A stretch of DNA of 64,000 nt from Lepidodermella squamata (GCA_047495785.1 JBLDXI010000011.1:1240001-1304000), one strand, 5' to 3'. Shown: positions 1 through 13,942, numbered from the stretch's first letter. Notes: generated by a model not told the origin, from the sequence alone. Numbers and translations are program-made.

Positions 1-530
1 TAAAGCCCACATTATAGAAAGTGAAACCAGCCCACTTACAAATACACGAGTGCAGAACTTCCCGGTAACCAACATTTATTTTCATGAAGCGCGCAATTGT
101 TCATAGCACATTACGCGCTAGATTTAGTTGCTTTCTATTCTGGCTATTAGACAGAAATCCGTTGTGGTCGAAATCGAGCTATCATCGCCCAGTACAGGCG
201 AAGTGCGCGATTCTTGAGCTTCAAAACTGAATTCTGATCTGAATACTAACTTCTGACAACTTTTTAGGACTGACTGTTGTCAGTGCAGTAAAGAGGGACG
301 TTAGGGACCTTCATGTGAGTAATTTAGAATCTGTAATTCGAATGCTGAAAACATCTGATAATCTGGATAATCAGGGTGCTCGAAGATATTTTTTGTGATA
401 GGATTGTCAAGTTTCGCACTCGTGTAAAAATAGTTAAGGTAAAACCCTGATAGACATATGTTCGATGAAATTTATCGGACAGTTCTTGGTCCTCGGTCGT
501 TCGCAAACTAAAGATTGCTTTATTGAACAG

Positions 531-1144
531 AGCCCATGAACTGCATGTCGTACTTTCCTGTCATCTTTAAAACTACACACTTGAAACCCATGCGTGAACA
601 TATTCGGAAGCAGTTCAACACAACAACGTTCGACGAAGCCTTCCTTCTGATTGCATCGCACAAAATCTACTCCCAGTTCACCATTATGTGCGCATACCTA
701 TGGTACTATCACCGGGATGCTTACTTCTGGACTATCCGAGAGCGCGAGCCTGGTTGGAAGGGCCCATTCGCGCCTGGCCAGGCGAAGACTCCAGCCGAGG
801 TAGGCCTTACTCAATCTCTGTTCGAGATACAACGCCCTTCGCTGGCTATTCATTGGAACTATGAGGCATTCAAAGACGAGCGGAATGCAATGACATCATT
901 ACTAAGAACAGGTGTTTGCTATTCAATGAGTGAAACTGAGAAGCTGAGGACGAAGTTGTGCGACAATCAGCCCAGTCGATGGGACTCGCTTAATACTTAC
1001 GAGTGGACCTTTGAAAGCTATACCTTCATTTGGAACAACACGCTGACATTGGCAGCCCATCGCGAGCGGCTTCAAAGACTTGATCAGTGTCCGCATAGAT
1101 GGAATTTTAGGCCAATGAGAAATCGTTTTCAAAGCGTGCAATAG
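531..1144 (+). CDS. Terminal exon of a putative glycosyltransferase-like protein (upstream exons outside the window or not identified)
   Basis: 202-aa ORF preceded by acceptor ttgaacag at 530. The motifs CMSYFPV..K..HL..MR and SQFxIMCxYxW..HR..Y.W resemble the C-terminal half of an uncharacterised invertebrate GT-like family. Family assignment is from memory. Confidence 0.5.
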
Positions 1145-1804
1145 TGGCGGGGAGTGTTAGTCGGAGAGTGCTTATTTCCTGAGGACAAAACTATAAAATT
1201 AGATATCGCAGTCGGTTCTACTGCGTGTGAGTGCGGTGAGTCTTAGACTCTAAGCTTAAAGAGCTTCATGTGTAAGTACGATGACCCACCAGTGAGCACA
1301 ATGACTCAATAAAACTACAGACAAAAGTGGAATTGGGGCAGGTAGGGTTGGTTTTCCACGTATAGGGGGGTCGTGGGGCAAGCGGGTTGGTATTGGGTGG
1401 ATTGACCCATATGGGATGCGGGTTATTTAACACGCAATGCTAATTATTTTCTAAAGCCCTCAGATTATTATGGTGATAATTTCTCGAGCATCGGAGGTAA
1501 GAAAACAATTTTCTTTATTCTGATCTCAAGTTTAAATTGTACTTGAAAAAGTCGCCGAGATGATGAAAAGCTGGCGGGCAATGTTAGCGGGAGTGAGGGA
1601 GCGGGAGTATACAAGCGGTTTCCCAGTAGATGAGCGGGTTAGCATGTCCTAGTTTTATTTACATAGGCCCTCCGCTGGCTCAAATTAGTTTTTTGGAAAA
1701 TGTCGGAGATGAGGCGGCATTGCCTAGCCGAGGCACTAATATAGTCTCGCCCCATTCGAACAATATGCCGGTTATTTTTAGAGACGCATTGAATCACGCG
1801 CACT

Positions 1805-2075
1805 GGTAATTTTGATCGTCAGTTTGAGCTCATCCAAATCGTTGGCAAACGTTATCTTCGTTCGTTTTTATCAACACCAAAAACTGCATATTTTGGTTCA
1901 TGGCTTTGCGATTGAGACAATAGATCAAGATGATTAAGATGCCGCTATCTCCGTTTGATCTACCAATGCGGGATTCAAAATCAACCTCGATCCTTGATAT
2001 CAGCTATTCAAGGATAGGTTTCTCATCGCCAATAATTCTCGTCACGCTTTTCGCTATCACAACGCCTCAATACAT
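1805..2075 (-). pseudogene. Decayed remnant of a DUF268-like gene
   Basis: gtaattttgatcg...gctcatccaa.tcgttggcaaacgttatc...atcaaca.caaaaactg.atat aligns with indels to 11957-12100 and 28201-28345. The 2020-2070 segment resembles the start-codon region at 12445-12475. Confidence 0.7.
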
Positions 2076-2591
2076 GCAGTAAGCTCAGGATGTTTTGCTG
2101 GGGAAAGTCTTCACCAGAATATTCCCATGTCAAAAAGACAGGCTGCTTTCGTCTAATTGGTGCCATTTGCTTCTTTCAGGAAATATGGACATACTTGTTA
2201 AACGGTATTGAAGATACGATTTATTTCTATCGAAAATCGAATCATGTTCACATTTGATAAGCTGTCGAGAGCCTGTTTTCGAGAGCCTGAAAAGAGCGTA
2301 TCCCTGACGCTATTCCTATGCATATCCCTGACGAGGCACAAGTTCGAAATCTGAAAAGGCTCTTGAGACAATGCAAGATTTGATGCGATAGAATATAGAA
2401 TTAAAATTGCCATGAACAATAAAATGATAGAGGTAAAATGAACTTGAAGAACCACCGACCTCTGGTGCGAGAACGCAGCGTTACATGCATGGACAACACT
2501 GTCTATGGTTACATCAACTACGCCACAGACCTCACTCAAATAACACACTCTTGCATTTCCTTAGTTAGCAATTTTGAATAAAGACATAGCT

Positions 2592-5500
2592 TCAATTGAT
2601 TTCTTCGTATTGCCATGATGAGCCGCGGATCCTATCTAATGTGTGTACAAGTTGACAATACAGGCATTGCCTATCAGCAGTATCGTTCTCCACCTTGCCA
2701 AGCTTCAAAGGATGATAAATGTAGTTGGACGGATTGTAAGTATCGTTCACCAGCATTTCGCGTTCATAAACATTCATATTGCCGGCATAACTGATTAACT
2801 GAATCCTTGACTCTGACTTTGATAAGCCCTTCACGATGGTGCCAACTGCCAGCTCCATGTACACTTTATGTTTGGCGAACAGCGTAAACATTTGAATAGC
2901 CTCGGGCACATCTTCAGCAGAAATGAAGAATAAATCCGCGTAAATGTTCCATATCCTTCTGTAACCTAAAATAGATGCAAAAACAGTGAACTATATGGCG
3001 AAAATATCGATTAATATTCCAATTCCCCCTTTTTATTGTATAAGGGAAACAAACTAACTTCGGAGACCGAACTCGAAACTTTGGAACACTAAAGCGAAAC
3101 TTCGGTGACGTTATCAGTGGCAATTTCCGCGCGCGCGCGACATGGGTCGTCCGAAGTTTCTATTGTGTGCGGGCCGAAGATTTTCAGTGCTTCACTACGA
3201 AATTTCCACTTTCTCAAACGCTTGTCATAACCATGAGGTTCTCCGGGCTCATATTTTGACCATAAACAGTCAGAGCCCATTCCAGAAGCCAATTCTCTAC
3301 CGTTAGGTAGCCATGTTGCTCAAAGGTAAAAAAGGCAAGAATTGAAAATCGCTCGAGGTTGCCCTACATCTGCATACTTCTAAACCTAAACTGCATACTC
3401 GCTCAACTTTGGCGAGTATTCGGGCTACCAAAATCGGGAATTTTACTTTGAAACACGCCGATGAACGTGCTCAAAAGAGGAGAAGTGGAGGTAGACACAC
3501 CGTGACTTGAAATGGAGATTTCAATGGGTAATAAACAATAAGAACAATTTCTGAGATTTTTGACCAAATGTGTCGTGTTCCTAACTGAGACGCAACCCAA
3601 GAAAAGGTACAAAATTGAAACAGCGTTTTTTAGAGCAACAGCTGGTGCGTGTTTATTATTGCATAAATTTTGTTTGATAGCGTGAAAAAATTAGGTACGT
3701 TTTCTTGGTATGCGTCTCAATTTAACCATGCTGAATTAGAATTTTGATGAATTGGAATCTCCGGGCACAGTCAAACCATCTAAAGGTGGATTCACTAATG
3801 TGCGACAGGTACGACGCGTGTCGTACCGTCGCATGCGACTGTCGCAGCTCTGTCGCATCAAATCCGCGGACGACAGCCGAGGGATAGTCAAAGTCGTATG
3901 CGCACAAAACAATGACACGCGCGGGCGCTGAGACAGTGTCGCGCGCGGCTAATTTTTATATGAAAGGAAACCAAATTTGCAAAAAAACTTGTTCAACTAA
4001 GTTTTTAACCAGAAAAATCGTTATTTTCGACATCAGTTACCCTATTTCCGCGTATTTTCATCGAAATTTGATAATTTAATTATTTTCACCTAGCACGGCA
4101 CCACCTCGCGGATTATTGAGGGCGCCAACAACTTTTTTATTTAAATTTATTAAGGAAGAAATTCGTAGTCATTTGATGGAGAATTGTTTCAGTTTTAATT
4201 TGGTATAAAAGCCGCCATTGTTTTCGAAATTAGCCTTTTGACATTAGTGCGCGCGGCCACCGTTTTGTTAAAAATTTTGATGTGGTGTTTCGCCTTAGAG
4301 TATTAGTGCGTTGTCTATTCCTCCAGGTTTCGCGCACAAGTACACTGTTATACTTCGATTGCGCGCTTGAAGTGGACCGAACTAGGACGTTGTTCTACCT
4401 GCTGTCGGACGATTCTAAGCTGTCGTGTCGCACACGCGAAATTCCCCCAAAATCGCGCGTGCGATGCGACAGGCCAGGTCCATGCGACAAAATCCATTGT
4501 TTGAGTGCGCGCGCCCTAGTCGAATCTTGTCGCACGCGCACATTGTTCTCTGACTAGCGTTTATGAACACTCGGCGCGACTGTCGTACGAAACGCTGATG
4601 CGACGGTACGACACGCGACAACGTCGGATAGTATATGAACAACGATGCGATTTTCGCACCCGACAGTGCGACGGTCGTATGCGAAATATTCGTATCCGAA
4701 AATTCGCACATTAGTGAATCCACCTTAAAACTACGTTAAATCCATAGAAAACAAGAAAGGTTGACACAGTGCGCGAAGTATTAGGATCCTCGAGCTAGGG
4801 GGTATTTTGGGGCCCAAATTTTATGACCAAAGGGTCTCCCCCCTGTGGTTTTTTGGGGGATTTTCCACTTCGGCTTCGTGAACTGGGGGGTACGATACCC
4901 CTCATTCCCCCCTCCCCCGTACTTCGCGCACTGGGTTGACAATTGACGTTATTCTGTGGCCATATTCAGATTCAGCGTCATGAAATTATGGATTGAACTA
5001 ACCATCACAGCAAGATTCGCTTCCGCCTGCATTCGGCGCTAGATTACGAAAAATGCAGGGGGCAGGGGCTATAAAATCTCATTACTTTAAACTATTTGAT
5101 TTTGATCGCTGTCAGATTATTTGAAAGTTTCCAACTTGTTAAGCATACTTCAATTTATAAATTCACAAAGTGTGAATCCAATAGGATAAAGATTGAGCGA
5201 GTATGCTGTTAAGTTCATTGCTGCCTTTTTTACCTTTGAGAGAAAATTTTGGAGATTTTCCACTAAAACACGCCCCAGAACCTTCCAAAATTAACAAAAC
5301 AGTGGGATAAATTCTCATTTTGTTGTCTGGCCCGGCCGAGCTGGGGGGGATGATCCCTCCATCTGAGAAGTCGCACACTGCCTTTGAGCAACAATGGCTC
5401 GCTAACGATAGGGCAGCCTGCATAAATAGGCCTTACAGGCTGAATTTTTTGTATTCGAGGATGGTTTGGTAAATGAGAACAGTATGAGCCGGTTTTGCTG

Positions 5501-6430
5501 CAAGAACGACGAGTTTTGACTTTCTGATTTTTCTTGAGACGCAATTTCGGCGTCACAATGCAGATTCAGGTAACCTTACCCTATGAGTGCATTACCTGAA
5601 CTTGCGACCGCTAAATTTTTTGCAAACTCGGGATACAAGGTTTCAGCCGCCGTGAAAGCATTACGGGCGTTTCTTTGGTACAAAGTCAATACGTCCCATC
5701 CCGCCGGTTCTGAGCAATCGGCGGCATTGTCCCATAACTTTCCTCTGCAGGTCATTTTCCGATCCACGTCAATGATAGATAACGGCGAGCCCATGAGCCA
5801 ATTTTTGCGGACGTCAAACATTTTCCGCGTGAACTGCCACAGGCTGGGTATCAGATCTTCGGAAATGTGTAAAAACCCGTCGGTGTTTTTGTTATCCACA
5901 ATTTTCCGTATGTCTTCAATGTAGTTGTAAGCTTTAGGCACGCATGAGTAGAATACCGCGCCGGTTGGATGAGTTGGTTCTTCGGTTAATTCGATAAGCG
6001 AAACATTGACAAAAGGTAGCCATTTGCCGTTGTCGTAATCTTTCAGCCTTTGCAAGCCAGTAATGCAAAGCACGACGCGTTGAAAAATCCCCTCGTAAAG
6101 CCGGAACATTTTTGGAATAGCACCGAAATGCGGATTGTTGAACGAGATGATCAGAACAATTTTCTTGAAGTTGACAAGATCTTCCACGCTCTTCGAGTTG
6201 AAAATCTTCAAGTTGCGAGTGGTGAAAAACTTGAGGCAAGCATCACCCTTGGCTTGTTTGTAGTAGGAATCGTTGTTGCAATCAGCAATTGCGTGTTTCC
6301 GCATGATGCTTTGAGGCTCATGCTTCAGGTTCGATAGTAACTGCTTCCAATAGAATGGTAATATCAAGCTGCCTGATACAACGATGATCAGAAAAAGGTA
6401 TCTTGTTTTATTACTCTTAAAAAAGTCCAT
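2592..6430 (-). CDS. STELLO/DUF288 C-terminal-domain-like type II membrane glycosyltransferase-like protein 1; exons 6430-5596 and 2965-2592 (402 aa)
   Basis: N-terminal TM (YLFLIIVVSGSLILPFYW). Motifs KIVLIISFNNPH..IP....LY..IF.RVVLC, GFLHISEDL, YADLFFI and HKVYMELAVGT. Donor CAG|gtaatg and acceptor ttttag|GT join in phase 1. The paralog at 13943-15260 has the same intron position. Confidence 0.8.
3784..4725. mobile_element. PIF/Harbinger-type MITE (942 bp) in intron
   Basis: 22-bp TIR AGGTGGATTCACTAATGTGCGA, 3-bp TSD TAA (3781-3783 and 4726-4728), internal TGTCG/CGACA repeats, no ORF of note. Confidence 0.85.
4767..4933. mobile_element. hAT-type MITE (167 bp)
   Basis: 14-bp TIR CAGTGCGCGAAGTA and perfect 8-bp TSD GGTTGACA (4759-4766 and 4934-4941). 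Confidence 0.9.
5245..5380 (-). mobile_element. Truncated copy of the hAT MITE found intact at 17703-17952
   Basis: Near-identical reverse complement of 17703-17845, ending in TIR TCGCACACTG. Confidence 0.85.
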
Positions 6431-9400
6431 TATAAATCTGGCATATTATACCATAGCTTTCCAGCTTAATCACATATATGATTCATTGGTGAAAAAATCA
6501 ATATGAAAATCCCGAAATTCATATTCCAAGATGGATGTCAAAAGAAAATGCAATCAAATGACACTATTATCCTGAGGATTGTTAAGATTTTGGAAGGATT
6601 GGTTACTCCACTGAGGCGCATATCATGCTTAAGAACGCTAAATGTTAAGTGTAGAGAGTTTTCCGCATGAGTATCCTCTCTGGTTAATCTGATCTCTATG
6701 GCAAAGAAGCACCTACACCAGCGCATTTATCAAGCAGAAACAACGAATAAAACGCCAAATAATGGTAGAAAAAATCAACGTTCATTCGCGAGCGGCTCAT
6801 CAAGAATCTCCCTCGCCTAGCGATCAGACAGGTATCAAACCTAAAGCAACAGCTCACAGCTCAAGTAAAAAATCCAAATCGCTAGGGTTGGCCCTGAATC
6901 TGGCGCCAGCGATGCTACTCACCCGCCTTCGCGTTGTTGACCTCGAAGTCGGAGCATGAGGGGGATCTCACATCCCCTCCAATGAACACCTGGAGGTGAA
7001 GATAAAAGGGTGGGTAGACCAGAGTTGCGCAACACGCAGTCGAGAGAAGAGAAAAAAGAAAAAGGCTGCGCAGCGTCAGCCTCGTGGAACTATCCTGGAT
7101 GTAAATCGGCGACTCAATTATTTGCTATCGAACCTGGGTTTTCTATTATGATTGAGATCAATCTGGATTATTGCCTTAGGTACTTATCACATTTGGAAGC
7201 TTCATTCTTCGATTAGCACCAACCGGAACTTTCACGTCCACTAAGAGAAATTAAACTCGTTTATCTGATGTTGCATTAGGCCATCAGCGTTCTATTTTTT
7301 CATGCTACTTACATTTCAGAGTAATAGTGGTTGCGTATCACATTGAGCAACTTGAAGGCCCGGCTTGTTTAAACTTGACGCCTAAACAGCTAACATGAGA
7401 AACATCAGCCACAAAACGCTCACTACCGTGCGATGACAAGTCTCAATCGCATGAGGCGGGCCTCACTATGTATTTTCATCGCGTCAGCAGCTGAAATATA
7501 TTCGCAATTCGCATGGCCTACGATACCCGGCGGCAAATTGTTCCGCAATTTTGAGATCAAGCATAGCGTAACTGATCGTCGGAATGCGGATGGCGAAATT
7601 ACGATTATGATGGCAACTTCACGGTACAAGGTTGACCTAACCCAACCACCGCATTACGACCCTGCCGCAGATAACTGTCCGATAAAGTGTCGAATTAAAT
7701 ATGGAAAAATATTGTCAGCTAAAGCTTGCTTCGCTTGCAAATGTTAATAATGCACGGGTTTGGAGTTTGGAGGCTAAATATGAATTGGTCAAAAATTACA
7801 TACATTTCTTTCGCTTTTTGACTTTTTGAGAATGGTGGGTAGCGACTTCAGTTGAATGAGCAATCAGGGGTCGCGTAAAAATTAAGTCAAGAACCAATGC
7901 TCAAAACCCTAATTTAATAACCAATCCGATTAAAAGCGCACTCTTAACTTCAATTCTCGATTATAGAGGCTTGCGGCCGGGAAAGTCCTATGTATAGATA
8001 GAGCCCTAGAGGAGGCCAGTTTCGAGGAAAAACTCACATAATAAGACGAGGCGAAGCCGAGGCTTATTATGTGATTTTTCCGAGAAACTAGCCGTATCGT
8101 GGGCTCTATTTTACATAGTACTCGGGAGGAAGCTGTTACCCTCTTCGTTTTACGTGGGTAAATATCCCTAAAAATGCGAAAAATCACATAGGAAGTGCGA
8201 TTTCACGAAAATAAAAAATCCATCTTAAAACTAAAAAGCTGAAAATGTGCAATTTAGTTATTCTGAACCGCTTTGCGCGTTGCTAAAAGCACAAGTTTTC
8301 GGAGTTTCTCATCCAGTTTCTGTGTCTGGAATATAAATAATGAGCGAATGTTTGAGAATCATTCGCTTCAACTCATCTAAGGAGGGATTTCAATTATTTT
8401 GATGATTTCGAAAAATGCACTTTCTATAAGATTTCCAAATAGAAATTGAGGTGACTTCTCGTGATTGCAAGGTGTTGACCTTGAAGTAAACATTATCAAT
8501 CTAGCTTTGCTCTACCGAAATAATCGGGCGATAGGGCGTTCGACTGTCGCAGCACAATATTTCAATGGTTTTTCTCGCTCCGCTCGGTAAAATTAAAGTT
8601 CGATAGCACACTGCCTTCTCGCTACGCTCGACTCATCTCGCTTTGCTCGATCGAAAACCTTGCCCCGTGATGCTCGCTTTGCTCGCGTTTCACGGCGGGG
8701 CAAGGTTTTTGGTCGCTGAAATGCATTGCTCGCTTCGCTCGCGTCTTTTAAAAAATCCAACTTAAAAGTGTTATTATGCAAAATTACTATGTTTACTATG
8801 TTTACTATGTAGCTTCCTCTAGAGTACTATTTTAACATTACATGCGGCCGGTTGAGGGTTCACGAGGCAATGCGGCCGGAAAGGTCGCCAGCCGGCCGCC
8901 ATATTTGACCAGGAGCGAAAATAGTTTAAGAAACACTGATTTAGCGTCATCTTTACGAGCAATCAATATTGCTCGGCGTTTTACACTGTGCTTGTATCAT
9001 TTCAGCACATAATTTCTAAGTTGACTGATGCTATTATGACTGATGCCGGGAACATGTTCAAGTATCGGGATGAGTAGATAATCAAAGATTTCACTTCCTA
9101 AGATCAGTGATTAGATCCGCGATAAAACTCTGATAGTTGATGATATTCAGGTTCATGAGTTGATGGGCATGTCTTGAACTTCGGCAAAAAAGAAACCAAG
9201 GCCCGTGCAATGACTTTCGAATTGCCACGGGACAAGCTGGGATCTGGGATCCTCCGAAAAATTTTCGGTTGCAAAACGCTTCTAGAGCAAATAAGTTATC
9301 CTTCCAGAATCAGGCGACTAAGGATGTGGCATTTTCACTAGCTGCTTATTTTATAACAAGCTTGTTCACGCCAAGTGAAAAAATGTGAATAAATATTAGC

Positions 9401-10999
9401 TAGATCGCACTACTTGGCACGTGCGGATGTGAAATCACGCAAAAAAACGTAGTTGCGAGAAAAATTGTGAATGAAAAATATCAAAATTTCGGTTTTTCCA
9501 CGACTAAAAATTCAGTTTTCGGAACCGCGCGCTTAAATTTTGCCATAAAATTATACGAAAAATTACGAATTTTTCCTATTTTTTCCACCGAAAATCGAGA
9601 TGGATGTTTTGGAGACAAAAATTGTCTCCAAAGGTCGCGTGATTTTTCTTTTCACATAACAGGGCTAGATCGTGAGTGTCATATCTTCATCAGTATTTTT
9701 TTATCTTTGGAAACGATGCTTCGTATTTAAAAATGAAAGACGTCAAAAAAACATTGAGAATGTTTCAAAAGCTCATTCCGAATCGCCACAGTGCATCATA
9801 TCATCAAGGTATAGGATAGCCTTAGTCTCGAGACATACGATCATGCGCGAGTTAGTCTGGTCCCGAATCCAGGGATAAGATCGAGTTGAGGTCGATTAGC
9901 TTCGACTCTCGGCCAACTTTCGAAGCGGTCGCAAATCAGTCGCGACTCATTTCGGTTATTGGCGAACGAATCGCGAATTTGATGGTTCCATTAGAAAGAC
10001 TAAGAATTAAAAATGGCTCATTATGACACGGGAAGAGCGAACCCATCACTATGTATTATTACACGTCATCACGGTTGCAGAACCTGCAAATCTAGATTGG
10101 CCGGGAAAGCTGCTTCACTTTGATCACGAAGAAGCTTTTGTACAATTGAAGTCCCGGGTAGCTTGGCGATACTTTGATTTCATCATTCGAACAGCTGCGG
10201 AACAGAAAAGTTATTCGACCATGGGGCTTCCGGGACGAATGGCGGCAAGCTTTTGAAAAGATTCACATCTTAAGATTTTTAGCCTTTTCCAACATGATCC
10301 ATCAGCATCATTCCTAACTTGCCTTCCCATGTTTCCACGCCAGTTATCTTCTGGAAATCGCGATAGGATTTTCTCACTGAAAGAAGAGCCCATTTTTGAA
10401 TACGACCTATTTTCAATGAAATCAAATTCAAATCACCATCAAGGATACGCCTGGCAGACATTTCCATGACGCCGAGGGAGTCGAGAATACTTTTGAAAAA
10501 CTATAGCTGTAGCTGTATTTTCTGTTGGGAATAAAATAATTCCCTCTATTCAGCCATCAGCCATCATCCGTAATATGGAACAGATTGAGACCGAGGTATG
10601 AACTGACATATGTAGATTGCGGTAATCAATTTCCAAGTGGGTGATGGCTGATGTTCACGCTGCAGCCGTTTTTGCAGCAGTTTTCGCAAAATAGGACGAG
10701 AAATTGTTGTTTTTCAGACGTCCCATTGTTTGGGCTGAAGTCCGAATTCTGCCCGTACGCAAAAGAGTAACATAGCACCGCGCTAACCTATAATAAATCC
10801 CGTTTACTGTTCATTTCACAAATTAGGATGAATACGCTTCACCGCACACGGACCGGCCAGGGTGTTAGGCCGAGCAGTGGGATGAAGCCCTCTTGCATGA
10901 ATTATTTTCAAATTTGCGCGCAAAATGAGTCACAGATAAAGAGAAATTTAAAAGAACAATATATCGCAACGTCATCCCTAGTTTTATTTGTTTCAATGG

Positions 11000-12449
11000 T
11001 CAAATTGAGCAGCCGCGCATGTTCTGGAAAATCATCCACGGCTCATGTGTACCTGATGCGTTTCGACTGCATTCGTTATCTTCTGGAAACATTTCATTCG
11101 CTTCGCCTAGAAACGCGTGATCAATGAATCGCCAACACTCGCTCATCAGTGCGTACCTAGCTGGGCCGTAGACGCGATGCACATTGTGCATTACGAAATC
11201 AACACCAGTTGCCACGCCAAAATACAACAAGCCACCGGGTTTCACCAGGCAGCTGATCCTAGCCATATCCATCAAATCGCCGTCAGGATTCAGAGGATCT
11301 CCATAACGGCCCAATCCGCTGTGCTCTATGCTTGAGTAAGAAATCGCGAAATCGAACCGGCCGTAGAGCTCACCGGAAGCTATTTTCTGCCCAACTTCCC
11401 TAGCGTTGACGTAGCCCAAGTGTTTATGGCCTGGCTTGATAAATTCACTCAGATCGAGGTATTCAATGGTGGTCACGTGACCAGCGCCGGCTCGTAGCAC
11501 TTCCAACTCAGCCCATGGCCAGTATGAACCAATGATTACCCCTCGTTTGCCAGCTATTGAGTATTTTTCAAGCATCAGTCTGAATGGCGCGATCGACCTG
11601 TAGAACGGATAGGAGGCCTGAGTCTTGACCTTCCATAAATCCTTTGTCCCGTGCGCAGAGTTTTCAGCCAGAGACCGCCAGCTATCTCGCGATTCTGCGA
11701 CATCAGCCGCGTTGTCCGGCGTGTATTGCTGTGACAGTTTGAATTCGACCAGGCGATACCAAGGCTGGGTGCGGCGTAAAAATCGTTCCCTTTCGCCCTT
11801 TTTATGCCAGACCTCGGCTAATTTCCCGAACTTCACCGGAACCTCATGCTTTGGAATAACTTCATGAATGGATGTTTTGAGATCTAGGCGCCAGTAATCG
11901 GTCAATTTTGATAGCGGACTGTTTTCCGGATACTGTTTCAAAAAAGTAAATTTGTAGTAATTTTGATCGGCAGTTGTCTTGGCGTTCAGCTCATCCAAGT
12001 TGTTGGCAAACGTTATCCTGCTGTAGTCGTCTGAATCAACAGCAAAAACTGGATATCTTGGATTTTTACTTTGCCATTGTGGGATTTTAGCGATCGAAAT
12101 AGAATTTTGCCATTCGGCTGGAATTAGCGGGCAGTTTGTTGCTTGTGCCGCTTCACTTTTAAAATTCGACAAACAACGGACGCAAAATCCCGGTAATCTG
12201 GAGAGAAACGCAGTTGAATTAGGATGAACTGGAGCGAAAAACAAACCGATTACTGCCGTAGTTTTCGATCGCTGGCGATTCGAATCTATAGAATTTGAAT
12301 AACTTTAGAAGTTTTTTTTAGTAATCGGAAAATGCCTGCCTATTATCACGATTTTCTGCATTATCGTTGGATAAAAGTGACAAAAATAATAAGCCGGCAA
12401 TCGATAAGCTTATAATCACAGCAGATTTCAAGCTAAACAACTGTCTCAT
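11000..12449 (-). CDS. DUF268-family SAM-methyltransferase-like type II membrane protein 1; exons 12449-12340, 12285-12247, 12197-11000 (448 aa)
   Basis: Motifs GVIIGSYWPWAE, VTTIEY, FDFAISYSSIEHSGLGRYGDPLNPDGD, LVKPGGLL and HRVYGPARY. Exon 1 encodes a TM anchor (MRQLFSLKSAVIISLSIAGLLFLSLL). Both introns are phase 2 and conserved in the paralog. Confidence 0.85.
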
Positions 12450-12952
12450 CTTTATGCTAACAACGCCTCAAAAGTCATATCCCACGTTCAGCTCTCTGTG
12501 ACACCTCATTAGAACAATCCTCATTCTGAGAGGTTGTCTACCTTGTCTAAAACGCACACATCATTGACTCCAATCCCCCGTCGCTAAGCTATGAAATATC
12601 GTTAACATCGTTAAATAACTCGGACTTACGCCTGTTAACGTCAGGTTGAAGGTGAGAGGTGACAAGTAAAGTCGTTTGCTTTCGCCTCCTTTATTCACAT
12701 TAAAAAGCCTCTTTTTACTAGTGTCACCCATCACATAGAAATAGCACCACTCGACGTAGTTCTGCTGTAACGCTACCGTATTTGTGTTATTTTTGTGCTA
12801 CCATTTTCGTATAATGAGAAAAGCGTCCGCGGCTGGAGATGGCACCACGCGACAAATGCCGCGTCTGGATCCTCGGGTATCGCGGTCTTGTCTCTAGCGA
12901 AATCAACCAGTGTTTCCAGAGTATAGGCACCGTTATTTCTCATCTGTCACGT

Positions 12953-13150
12953 TATTTGGTGTTCTTGGGCGAAATTGCCACTCTTCTGCCTCAGTTGGCT
13001 CGTCCGGTTATTTTTTAAATAACCAAACCAACAAATTTTATATCGTCGGATAGGGAAAATTTTCAATATGAATAAACTATTTTTTCAAACAATTACCGGA
13101 CGAGCCAACTGTGGCAGAAGAGTGGCAATTTCGCCCAAGAACACCAAATA
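12953..13150. mobile_element. Palindromic MITE (Tc1/mariner-like, TA flanks)
   Basis: Near-perfect inverted arms of about 55 bp (TTTGGTGTTCTTGGGCGAAATTGCCACTCTTCTGCC...), flanked by TA on both sides. Confidence 0.75.
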
Positions 13151-13942
13151 TGGAATTTTGGCGAATTTTAGAAAATTATCCATAAGGGACCTGGTATAAA
13201 AGTGTTCCTGGTATCATTAGATAGAGGGCCGCTTCTAGTATTTATGAGAAATCGAAATTTTCTGCGGCTTTTTTAATTTTTGAAATTAATTAAAATTATA
13301 ATGGGCGGATAGGGCGTTGGGTGGCATAAAAGCGGTCGGGTGCCGCCCTTTTTGCAATAACAGCTCGAATAAATTCACTATGGAAAGATCGTTATTTACT
13401 ATTTGTTTCAGTGTTGTCTATGATTAAAATCAAACCTACATCAGCGTTAAGTGCTGTGTCGATTTTCGAAAAAACCACAGGGCCCAAAATCGCCGAAGCG
13501 AGTGTCTTAACAACACTCCTATGGCGATTAGGGAAGCTGTTGTGAAGAATTTGCACTTCGAAAGCACGATGAACAAGCTTGATTTGACTGCGGCAAAGCC
13601 TGTTTCTGCCATCAACATGGGAGTAGTAACGCACTTCTAAGGCTCCGTTCCACTTCATTGGTTTTCTGACTGCCAGAGAACCCCATGTGCTCGCGGAACA
13701 CCTCGACGTCCTCGTAATTACAAGCGTTGCAGAGCACCTATTGACTATCTATTTCCCCGTATATTCATCGTCATCATCGGCATCGATTACTGACTGAGTC
13801 ACATTAACCGGCTGTTGTTCCCTCGATAATTGGACCCGGCCCAGTTCAATTATCGAGGTTTCACTGAATCATGATCATGAGAGGCTCAGCTTTGTTCAGT
13901 ACGTAAATTTCTTTCTTTATTTAGCAATTGTGAATAAAAGCT

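Noticed and set aside
5583-6337. ORFs 5583+, 5934- and 6050+, and their twins at 14416-15170
   Set aside because: Antisense or alternative-frame shadows of the STELLO-like exons, conserved only because the DNA is duplicated.
7930-8920. Region with GCTCGCTTCGCTCG motifs and GCGGCCGG repeats, probably transposon-derived
   Set aside because: I could not define termini or a TSD.
10020-10540. Exon-like pieces including a QITIKDTPG (GTPase G3-like) translation
   Set aside because: Multiple stops and no P-loop or NKxD found, so it is too weak to call.
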